Below, piece after piece: positions 56,599 to 64,000 of a stretch of 64,000 nucleotides of DNA. Each line of letters opens with the position of its first letter. The first letter of the stretch is position 1. The DNA comes from Candidatus Caldarchaeales archaeon (GTDB lineage Archaea; Thermoproteota; Nitrososphaeria_A; Caldarchaeales; Calditenuaceae): assembly GCA_039630085.1 (NCBI GenBank), contig JBCNVM010000001.1:96001-160000 (forward strand), given 5' to 3'. The notes under the pieces are model-generated. The model saw only the letters and a program-made list of their open reading frames with translations, had not been told where the DNA came from and made no database searches. Position numbers and translations under genes: made by a program.

Positions 56599-57750
56599 TT
56601 GATCGACCCCGAGTCGCTGAGGCTCGCGTACATCTTCGCGGTGGACCTCCTGGCGTTCTTGGGAGTCTACCTGATCGTCAACCTCACGCTCGAGCTGGAG
56701 TACGGGAAGGCTGGAATACCGAACTTCGGGAAGGTCCTGAGCGTCGCGGGCGGAGCCTTCGTCGCGGGCGCGGTCCCCGGCAGGGTCCTCGCGGCGGCGT
56801 ACAACATGTTCGCGGGAGCCAACGCGATAACGCATCCCGTCGTCGCGGAGTGCGTGAGGGGCCTCGCGCCCCAGAAGCCCGCGATCCTGACTAGGATGGA
56901 CTACATCGAGGACAACGTCGTGATAGCGACCTGCCTCCAGAGCGGTGTGCTCTCCCAGGACCCCCTCCTCTCGATCGGCGTCCTCGTGATGACGCTGCTC
57001 CTCGCGGCGTCGGTCGGCGCGGTCCTCGGGCTAGTCGCCTCCTACCCCGCCCTCAGGCTCAGGGAGGACTACCTCGCGATGACGCTTCTGGCGTTCGGGG
57101 AGTTCCTCACCGCGGTGGGCTACTACAACAGGGAGATCATCGGCGGCACCCTCGGGATTCAGGTGATAGACCCGTTCTCTTGGGCGGGAGCGGGTATGAG
57201 GTTCACGGTCGCTACGCTCGCGATCGTCCTCGTGGCGGTCCTCGTAGCCCTGTACGTCAGGGGTGTCGGCCGCTCCCCCTTCGGGAGGGTCCTGAGGGCG
57301 ATGAGGGACCAGGAGCTCGCGGCGGAGGTGCTAGGGAAGGACACGGTCTACTACAAGCGGACCTTACTCATGATCAGCTCTGCGATCTCGGCCGTCGCAG
57401 GGGCGCTATGGGCCTTCTACAGCGGCGGGATCATCGCGACGGCCTTCGACAGGGTGACCTGGACCTTCCTCCCTTGGGTCATGGTGATACTGGGAGGCGC
57501 GGGGAACTACCTCGGCGTGGCCCTAGGGACCGGCGTCTACTGGTCCGCGAGGAAGCTCATCGACCAGTACAAGATGGCCCTGGAGCCAGTTCTGCCCTTC
57601 AGCGTCATCTGGTTCGACAGGCTGGCCTTCGGCGTGCTGCTGATCGTCCTGCTGATCGTGAGGCCGAAGGGCCTTATACCCGAGAGGCCGACATACGCGC
57701 TCAAGAAGTCCACGATAAGGAGGATCATCGAGTCGGTCAAGGCTAAGTAG
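56599..57750 (+). CDS. livM: Branched-chain amino acid ABC permease
   Basis: G..NFG, LRLREDYLAM.LLAFGE, SPFGR.LRAMRD.E, VILGG.GN, RPKGL. Confidence 0.88.
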   Translation: MIDPESLRLAYIFAVDLLAFLGVYLIVNLTLELEYGKAGIPNFGKVLSVAGGAFVAGAVPGRVLAAAYNMFAGANAITHPVVAECVRGLAPQKPAILTRMDYIEDNVVIATCLQSGVLSQDPLLSIGVLVMTLLLAASVGAVLGLVASYPALRLREDYLAMTLLAFGEFLTAVGYYNREIIGGTLGIQVIDPFSWAGAGMRFTVATLAIVLVAVLVALYVRGVGRSPFGRVLRAMRDQELAAEVLGKDTVYYKRTLLMISSAISAVAGALWAFYSGGIIATAFDRVTWTFLPWVMVILGGAGNYLGVALGTGVYWSARKLIDQYKMALEPVLPFSVIWFDRLAFGVLLIVLLIVRPKGLIPERPTYALKKSTIRRIIESVKAK

Positions 57751-57783
57751 GCACCGGTGGCGAGGCACAGGGGTCGGTGAGAA

Positions 57784-58968
57784 GTGGTGAGGAAGATCCA
57801 GAACCTCGTGATCGGAGGGGGTTCGACGGGCACCGCGATCGTGCATTACCTCTCGCTCGCCGAAGGGAAGGGCGTCAGGCTGATCGAGAGGGGGAGGATA
57901 GGCTGGGGCCAGACAGGGTACTCGACCGCGATCGTCAGGCTCCACTACAGCAACGAGGTCGTCGCGAGGATGGCCCTCGTCAGCCTCGGGGTCTTCGAGA
58001 GGTTCGAGGAGCTGGTGGGAGGGAACTGCGGCCTCAGGAGGGTCGGGTTCGTCCTAGCGGTACCCGAGTCGATGAGGTCAGGGCTCTCGAGGAACGTGGC
58101 GATGCTCAGGTCGATCGGCGTGGAGACCTGGGAGCTCGAACCGGATGAGCTGAAGGGCGTCCTGCCCCATGTCGATGTCTCGGGGATCGCCGCCGCGGCC
58201 TATGAGCCGATGTCGGGCTTCGCCGACCCCGTCTCGACCGCCCAGTCCTTCGCCGAGTCCGCGCGGAGGAACGGTGCTGAGGTCTCCGAGGGCGAGGAGG
58301 CCCTCAAGGTCGTCGCGGAGGGAGGAGAGGTCATCAGGGTGGTAACGAACAGGGACGAGTACGCGCCCGAGACCCTGATAGCGGCTACTGGAGTCTGGAC
58401 GAACTCGCTCTTCGGGCCCGCGGGCAGGAGGCTCCCGATCAGGGTCCTGAAGGAGGAGATAGGCGTCTTCACGAGGCCCGACGACTTCAGGGGGGAGCAC
58501 CCGGTCTTCGCCGACCTGAGCCCAGAGCTCTTCTTCTACATGCGTCCCCACGGCGAGCGGGAGACCTACGTCGGGACCATCGAGCCCCCCGGCGAGAGGG
58601 AGTCGTCGCCGGAGGAGGGCGGAGGCTCGATCGGCAGGGAGACGTTCCTCTGGTACCACGAGAGGATCTCCAAGAGGTTCCCCGCCTTCCTCAGGTCTCC
58701 CTTCGCGCCCCGCGGCTGGACGGGCCTCTACGACGTCACGCCGGACTGGCACCCGATCATAGGGAGGGACCCGGAGCTCCGGAACCTGATCTGGGCGGTC
58801 GGGCTGAGCGGCCACGGCTTCAAGCTCGCGCCGGCGATCGGCATGGCGGTGAGGGACATCGCGCTGGGGAGGAGGCCGGAGCTCTTCGAAGAGGACTTCT
58901 TCTCCGTCGAGAGGTTCCGGAGGGGAAGGCCGATCACGACCACGTACGGCATAGGCGTCGTCTCCTGA
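57784..58968 (+). CDS. FAD-dependent oxidoreductase (sarcosine oxidase beta/proline dehydrogenase family)
   Basis: IGGG.TG, W.GLYDVTPDW.PIIG, G.SGHGFK.APA.G. Confidence 0.88.
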   Translation: MVRKIQNLVIGGGSTGTAIVHYLSLAEGKGVRLIERGRIGWGQTGYSTAIVRLHYSNEVVARMALVSLGVFERFEELVGGNCGLRRVGFVLAVPESMRSGLSRNVAMLRSIGVETWELEPDELKGVLPHVDVSGIAAAAYEPMSGFADPVSTAQSFAESARRNGAEVSEGEEALKVVAEGGEVIRVVTNRDEYAPETLIAATGVWTNSLFGPAGRRLPIRVLKEEIGVFTRPDDFRGEHPVFADLSPELFFYMRPHGERETYVGTIEPPGERESSPEEGGGSIGRETFLWYHERISKRFPAFLRSPFAPRGWTGLYDVTPDWHPIIGRDPELRNLIWAVGLSGHGFKLAPAIGMAVRDIALGRRPELFEEDFFSVERFRRGRPITTTYGIGVVS

Positions 58969-58974
58969 GAGGTC

Positions 58975-59844
58975 ATGGCCCGCCCGAGGCATCTGGTCCA
59001 GGCCGCCCTCGCCGGGGTCTTCTTCGGCACCTCTTCGATATTCGTCAGGCTGATGCCGGACCTGAGCGCCTCCTCGATCGCGTTCTACAGGCTCGGGCTC
59101 GCGTCGCTCTTCCTCGCGGCCGCGATGCTCGCCTTCGGGAGAGGGCAGGGGCTCACGTCAGGTCACTCCGCGAGGCTCCCGGTCCTCGGGTTCCTCCTGG
59201 GGCTTCACGTCGTCCTCTTCACCGCCTCCGTCAAGTCCACGACGATCCTCAACGCCGCCACGCTCGTCAACACGACGCCCGTATGGGCCCTCCTGCTCTC
59301 CGCGGTCGTATGGCGTCACCTCCCCGGCACGAGGGCCGTCGCGGGGACGGTGGTCGCGTTGGTCGGGGTCGCCGCGATCACGGCCTTCCAGTACGCCTAC
59401 TCGCCGGAGCACCTGGTCGGGGACCTGATGGCCGTGGCCTCCGCGTGGGCCTGGGCCTTCTACCTGAGCCTCGCCAGGCCCGTCAGACAGCTCTCCGACC
59501 CCCTGCTCCTCATGCCGACCGTTTACGGCGTCGCCTCGCTCACCGCGCTCGTAGGGTCTGCGGTCGTCGGCGACGGGGTCAGGGCGCCGTTCGTGGCGGA
59601 GGTGCCCGCGCTGCTGGGCCAGGCCCTCATCCCGACAGCCATCGGCCACACCCTCCAGCTCTCCTCCCTCAAGTCCCTCACGGCCCACCAGGCCGCCACC
59701 CTTGCGCTGCTGGAGCCCGTCGTCGCGACAACGCTCGGAGCGATGATCTTCTCTGAGGTTCCCAGGCCGGAGTTCTTCGCCGGCGCGGCCCTCGTCTGCG
59801 CGGGCATTTATATAGTGGTATCGGGCCAAGAGAGTTCCTCCTGA
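58975..59844 (+). CDS. DMT/EamA two-domain transporter
   Basis: Ten TM segments, AFYR, GD..A, LLEPV.AT..G..IF.E. Confidence 0.85.
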   Translation: MARPRHLVQAALAGVFFGTSSIFVRLMPDLSASSIAFYRLGLASLFLAAAMLAFGRGQGLTSGHSARLPVLGFLLGLHVVLFTASVKSTTILNAATLVNTTPVWALLLSAVVWRHLPGTRAVAGTVVALVGVAAITAFQYAYSPEHLVGDLMAVASAWAWAFYLSLARPVRQLSDPLLLMPTVYGVASLTALVGSAVVGDGVRAPFVAEVPALLGQALIPTAIGHTLQLSSLKSLTAHQAATLALLEPVVATTLGAMIFSEVPRPEFFAGAALVCAGIYIVVSGQESSS

Positions 59845-59906
59845 AGTGCGTCGACAATTCAATTTTTATTCAAGTTGTTTATATCTGGATGCAACGGTAG
59901 TGCAAA

Positions 59907-60167
59907 ATGAGCTCGGAGCAGGTGCTCGAGGTCGTGCAGCTGGACAGGTCGGTGAGGAAGTACTGGAGGATAAAGGTGCCCAGGAGGATTGCGGCGGGTG
60001 CGACCGAGGCGGTCTTCGAGGTCGGTGGAGAGCGGTGGGGCGTTCCCCTGGACAGGTACGGGAGGGTATACGTCCCAACCGTGCTCAGGAAGGACGTGGA
60101 GAAGTCCAAGTCGGTCGTGATCAGGCGGGAGGGCAGGGTGGTAGTACTGAAGCCGAGGCCCTTCTGA
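59907..60167 (+). CDS. Small AbrB/MazE/SpoVT-like DNA-binding protein
   Basis: LDRYGRVYVP..LRK swapped-hairpin motif plus a similar N-terminal unit (LDR...WRIKVP); AT-rich upstream region. Confidence 0.55.
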   Translation: MSSEQVLEVVQLDRSVRKYWRIKVPRRIAAGATEAVFEVGGERWGVPLDRYGRVYVPTVLRKDVEKSKSVVIRREGRVVVLKPRPF

Positions 60168-60172
60168 GCCCT

Positions 60173-60367
60173 TCAGCGCAGCAGCTTCCCCGAGGCGTAG
60201 AGCGCGATTATCAGGCCCTGCCAGAGCAGCGTCAGGACCAGCCAGACCAGCACCCAAGACCTCCCGATTCCGTCGGAGAGGTAGTTGAGCAGCGCGAAGA
60301 GTATCACGGGGACCGAGAGGGCTGCGGCCAGCTCCGTCGCCTTCACGAAGACGTTCGCGCTGCTCAA
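60173..60367 (-). CDS. Small two-TM membrane protein
   Basis: Two hydrophobic helices, host-like codons. Confidence 0.6.
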   Translation of the reverse strand: MSSANVFVKATELAAALSVPVILFALLNYLSDGIGRSWVLVWLVLTLLWQGLIIALYASGKLLR

Positions 60368-60383
60368 GGCTTCCCCGGCCGGA

Positions 60384-60650
60384 TCAGAAGGCCCTCCTCC
60401 GCACCTCGCTGAGCGCGTCCCTGTGGGCCCTCCTCATCCTCAACATGTCGGACTTGACCTCGGTCATCTCCTCCCGGAGCTCCTCCCGCATCTCCTTGGT
60501 CCTCGAGAGCTCGTCCCTCGAGGCCTCCTTCAGCTCCGACCTCACCCTCCTCGAGAGCTCGACCCTCTCCTCGATCTCCCTCGGCCTCGTCGACCTGCTC
60601 CAGAACCCGCGGACCCTGAGCTTGGTCTCGACAGGTATCAAGACCCTCAC
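60384..60650 (-). CDS. Small charged coiled-coil hypothetical protein
   Basis: R/E-rich, host-like codons, 3 nt downstream of the Sec61beta gene. Confidence 0.55.
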   Translation of the reverse strand: MRVLIPVETKLRVRGFWSRSTRPREIEERVELSRRVRSELKEASRDELSRTKEMREELREEMTEVKSDMLRMRRAHRDALSEVRRRAF

Positions 60651-60653
60651 GCC

Positions 60654-60830
60654 CTAGATCGGCGCGAACCTGGTCAGCAGCACCACGGCCGCGATCAGCA
60701 GGGCTCCGGCGATCAGGACGACCTCCGGCCTAACCTTGACGCCCTTTCCCTCCTCCTCGAAGAACCTCAGGAGACCTGCGCCGGTCGCGGGCATCGGGGC
60801 CTCCCTGCGCCTCCTCCTGGACGACGACAT
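60654..60830 (-). CDS. secG: Preprotein translocase subunit Sec61beta (archaeal SecG)
   Basis: Manual translation, 58 aa, below the ORF-track cutoff: MSSSRRRRREAPMPATGAGLLRFFEEEGKGVKVRPEVV followed by a TM helix. Confidence 0.9.
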   Translation of the reverse strand: MSSSRRRRREAPMPATGAGLLRFFEEEGKGVKVRPEVVLIAGALLIAAVVLLTRFAPI

Positions 60831-60856
60831 CGGGCCGAAGAGGTCCGGACGAAGAT

Positions 60857-61684
60857 TTAGGTGCTGCGGGCCCGGGCCCTCGCGGCCCTCTCTCTCCTCC
60901 GCTGGGGCCTCTCCTCCGCTGACCAGAAGAACGGAGGGTCGGTCAGGTTCACGATCCTCCCGTAGAAGAACTTCATGTCGGAGACGTGCCCGGTGAACTC
61001 GATCCTCTCCCCTCCTCCGGACGCGATGTACCTCAGGAAGCCTCCCTCGTGGGGACCGGGGCTCTCGACGTACGCGAAGACCGGGAGCGCGTTCGCCTCG
61101 TAGTAGTCGTAGAACGGGAGGAGGACGCCGTAGACGTTCGAGCCATTGGCCCTGAAGCTGAGGATCGGGGGCTGGTGGCTGTCGTAGGAGGCGACCATCA
61201 GCAGCCTCATCAGCGAGGGCAGGTCCGAGACCCGCGTCAGCACGGGAGCCTCGAGGTCCGGGACGCTCCTCCCCTCGAGGGCCTCGACGAGGATCGCGGG
61301 AGGCTCGGCGACCTCGACGATCGGGGCGTAGAGGAACCTGGGGTCGTCGTTGGAGTCCGAAAGCCTCAGCTCCTCCCTGTCGATGTTCCTGTAGGCGACG
61401 TAGGATCCTCTGTCTAGGTCTTCCCGGACCTTGACGTAGAAGAACAGCGGGAGGCTGTTCCGCCAGTACGGGACCGAGAAGAGCGTTCCTATCACGGGAC
61501 CCTCGCTCGACTCGATGCGCCAGAAGAGCGCCTGGGCCTCAGGGTTGTAGAGCGCGAGCCTCGCGAGGTTCACTAGGTCGACTACCCTCACCGTGACCGG
61601 CGGCTTAAGCCTCAACGCGTCGTTCAGCACCCCCATCATCCCGACGTCCGCGCTCTGCTTATAAGCTTCCCTCCTGAGCGACAT
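60857..61684 (-). CDS. Hypothetical protein with an internal tandem domain duplication
   Basis: Two repeats of V.DL..L.RL...Y....LP.F.YV......Y..Y....E........D..F.Y..IV. Confidence 0.7.
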   Translation of the reverse strand: MSLRREAYKQSADVGMMGVLNDALRLKPPVTVRVVDLVNLARLALYNPEAQALFWRIESSEGPVIGTLFSVPYWRNSLPLFFYVKVREDLDRGSYVAYRNIDREELRLSDSNDDPRFLYAPIVEVAEPPAILVEALEGRSVPDLEAPVLTRVSDLPSLMRLLMVASYDSHQPPILSFRANGSNVYGVLLPFYDYYEANALPVFAYVESPGPHEGGFLRYIASGGGERIEFTGHVSDMKFFYGRIVNLTDPPFFWSAEERPQRRRERAARARARST

Positions 61685-61774
61685 CGGGGCGGGCCTTCGC
61701 CGTCAGCGAGTTTTAGGGGCCCGGGTCCACCGGAAGCGAGAATATCGTGGAATTGTCCGTGGAGTCCGCAGGCC

Positions 61775-63238
61775 TCAGCCCCTCAGACGGACGAACTGCG
61801 CGGCCTCCTGCGCCGCGCCCAGGAACGGAGCGGGGTAGACGCCTATGACGATCGCGGCGACCGCGAGGATAAGCAGGGCGAGGAGCATCGGGAAGGCCGA
61901 CTCCCTGACCGAGCTCTGGCCGCCCGAGGGCCCCTTAAGGAACAGCGTCTGGACGACCCTCATGTGGTACATCGCGCCTATCAGGACGTTCACGATCATC
62001 ACGACCGCGAAGGGCCAGAGGGGCGTCTGGAAGGCTGCGGCGATGATGACGTACTCGCTGACGAAGGCGTTCAGCCCCGGCATGCCCGCGAGGCTCAGAG
62101 CCCCGACGGTGTAGGTCACGCCGCTCAGGGGCATCATCTTCCCGGCTCCCGCCAGCTCCTCGAGGCTCCTGGTGTGGAGCGCGTGGATGAACGAGCCGGC
62201 CGCGAGGAAGAGGAGGGCCTTCGCGATCGCGTGGTTGAGGAGGTGCAGGATCGCCCCGACCGCTCCCAGCTGGTTGCCCAGCGATATCCCGAAGACGATG
62301 TAGCCGATGTTGGCGATGCTGCTGAAGGCCAGGAGCCTCTTGATGTCCTCCTGGAGGGCAGCCATCAGGTTGCCGACGGTCATCGTCACCAACGAGAGCA
62401 GCAGGAGGCCCAGCTGCCACCCGTAGGTCTCGGTGGGGAAGACGTTGAGGAGCAATCGGAGCAGCGCGTACACCCCGGTCTTGATCACGACGCCCGACAG
62501 GAGGGCGCTGACCGGAGAAGGAGCCGCGGGGTGAGCGTCGGGGAGCCAGAAGTGGAACGGAGCCATTGCCACGTTGACCCCGAGGCCCGTGAGGACCAGC
62601 GCGGCCGCGATGACCGTCCACGTCTCGGAGGCGATCGGTCCGGACGCGAGCGACGACCTGAGCCCGGCGAAGGTCAACTCGCCCGTGAGGCCGTAGAGGA
62701 GCGAGATCCCGAAGAGCAGGGCCGCAGACCCGGTGGAGCTCATGATCAGGTACTTCAGGGACGCCTCTACCGCCTCCCACTCCCTGTAGTTGAAGGCGAC
62801 CAGTAGGTAGGAGGCGACGCTCATGACCTCCCAGAAGACGAAGAACGCGATCACGTCGCCGGCGTAGAAGACGCCGAGCATCCCCATCGCGAGGAGCACG
62901 ACCAGCGTGTAGAACTCCGTGTGCCTCTCCGCGACGTAGCTGACAGCGTAGACCGACGAGAGCAGCGAGACCCCCAGTACGACGAGGGCCACGAAGTTCG
63001 AGAACCTGTCGAGGAGGATCACCGAAGTGGCCGGAGACGGCGCGACGCTGATGCTGGCGGTTATCCCCGCGTTGAACTGGGCGAGCGTGATGTAGAATGA
63101 AGCCGCGAAGGCGGCAGAAGAGGCCACGCAACCTCCCAGCCTAGCGCCCTCCCTCCCGAGGGTAGCGCCGATGATTGGCACGGCGAACGCGGCGTACAGC
63201 AGCACCTCGAGCTGGTCAGGGAGCGGTAGCAGCCACAT
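61775..63238 (-). CDS. Proton-conducting membrane subunit (MrpD/NuoN family)
   Basis: FFVFWEVMS..SY.LV, EA..KY, PFHFWLPDAH.AAP.PVSALLSG, DIKRLLAFSS; start set at ATG 63238. Confidence 0.88.
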   Translation of the reverse strand: MWLLPLPDQLEVLLYAAFAVPIIGATLGREGARLGGCVASSAAFAASFYITLAQFNAGITASISVAPSPATSVILLDRFSNFVALVVLGVSLLSSVYAVSYVAERHTEFYTLVVLLAMGMLGVFYAGDVIAFFVFWEVMSVASYLLVAFNYREWEAVEASLKYLIMSSTGSAALLFGISLLYGLTGELTFAGLRSSLASGPIASETWTVIAAALVLTGLGVNVAMAPFHFWLPDAHPAAPSPVSALLSGVVIKTGVYALLRLLLNVFPTETYGWQLGLLLLSLVTMTVGNLMAALQEDIKRLLAFSSIANIGYIVFGISLGNQLGAVGAILHLLNHAIAKALLFLAAGSFIHALHTRSLEELAGAGKMMPLSGVTYTVGALSLAGMPGLNAFVSEYVIIAAAFQTPLWPFAVVMIVNVLIGAMYHMRVVQTLFLKGPSGGQSSVRESAFPMLLALLILAVAAIVIGVYPAPFLGAAQEAAQFVRLRG

Positions 63239-63352
63239 TCGCCGTCCCACGATCCGGCTCCTTAATATAACATAATCCGGCGGGGCTGAGGGGATCCGGA
63301 TTCCGCCTGACTCATCTAAATAACTCCCGATAGGCGAAAAGGACGGGGCGGT

Positions 63353-64000
63353 TTGCTGGCACGCGGGGTCCACGCGGCGCTCCTGGCGCTGCCGCCGGAG
63401 CTCTCCCACCGGCTCGGCCTCGGTTTCCTGAGGTTCGTCAGGAGGGTCGAAGTCCCGGACGGAAGGCTTCGGGTGAGGACGAAGTTCGGCGAGCTCGCGA
63501 ACCCCGTCGGCCTAGCGGCTGGCTTCGACAAGACCGGCGCCCACCTCGCGGACCTCGAGAAGCTGGGGTTCGGCTATCTGGTCGCGGGGACATTCACGAG
63601 GGAACCGAGGAAGGGGAACCCCAGGCCGAGACTCGTCAGGCTAAGGTCGGAGGGCGCGCTCCTGAACGCGATGGGCTTCCCAAACCCCGGGATGGACGCC
63701 GCGCTCGAGAGCCTGAGGAGGTCGAGGCCCTCGAGGGCGCCGGTGGTGGTGAGCGTCAGCGGCGTCAGGCTCGAGGACATGACCTACTGTTACGAGAGGG
63801 CCCAGGAGGTCGCGGACGCGGTCGAGGTCAACGTCTCGTCGCCGAACACGCCAGCCCTCCGGGAGTACCTGAAGGGCAGCGCCTTCAAGGACCTCTGCCA
63901 CGCGATCGCGCCGGTCAAGAGGAGGCCGACCTACCTGAAGGTTCCCCCTCCGGTTCAGGAAATCTGGGACGCGGTCCTCTCGGCGCTCAGGGCGTGGGTC
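63353..64000 (+). CDS. pyrD: Dihydroorotate dehydrogenase, class 2-like (3' end runs off the window)
   Basis: Manual translation from TTG 63353: LPPELSH..NPVGLAAGFDK..GNPRPRL.R..NAMGFPNPG..VNVSSPNT. Confidence 0.9.
   Translation, partial: MLARGVHAALLALPPELSHRLGLGFLRFVRRVEVPDGRLRVRTKFGELANPVGLAAGFDKTGAHLADLEKLGFGYLVAGTFTREPRKGNPRPRLVRLRSEGALLNAMGFPNPGMDAALESLRRSRPSRAPVVVSVSGVRLEDMTYCYERAQEVADAVEVNVSSPNTPALREYLKGSAFKDLCHAIAPVKRRPTYLKVPPPVQEIWDAVLSALRAWV

Overview
High-GC (roughly 65-68%) archaeal chromosome segment, gene-dense and mostly housekeeping. It carries archaeal ribosomal proteins (eL15, eS1, uL16, eS8), PCNA, TFE, proteasome beta, an ESCRT-III/CdvB-like protein, Sec61beta, SRP19, Gar1, PheRS, MetRS, many tRNA-modification enzymes, pyrBI/pyrD and a split liv ABC transporter. 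This is consistent with a thermophilic TACK archaeon, plausibly Caldarchaeales/Aigarchaeota (inference). Three tRNA genes are present, all with introns: Val-CAC, Asn-GTT and Ser-GCT. The most unusual signal occurs twice: a canonical but truncated 5' tRNA fragment, a short low-GC spacer with a TATA-like box, then a complete, diverged, intron-containing copy of the same tRNA embedded in low-GC DNA (Val at 14.9 kb, Ser at 38.0 kb). The Ser locus abuts a stranded three-gene tailed-virus-like tail module. Other oddities: metG appears to start at a CTC codon behind a strong Shine-Dalgarno; a ~90-bp AT-rich synonymous patch covers the metal-ligand motif of sod; a structured ~170-nt intergenic segment lies upstream of pyrBI; and one FAD oxidoreductase has an apparent in-frame deletion. 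All calls were made by eye, with no database searches.
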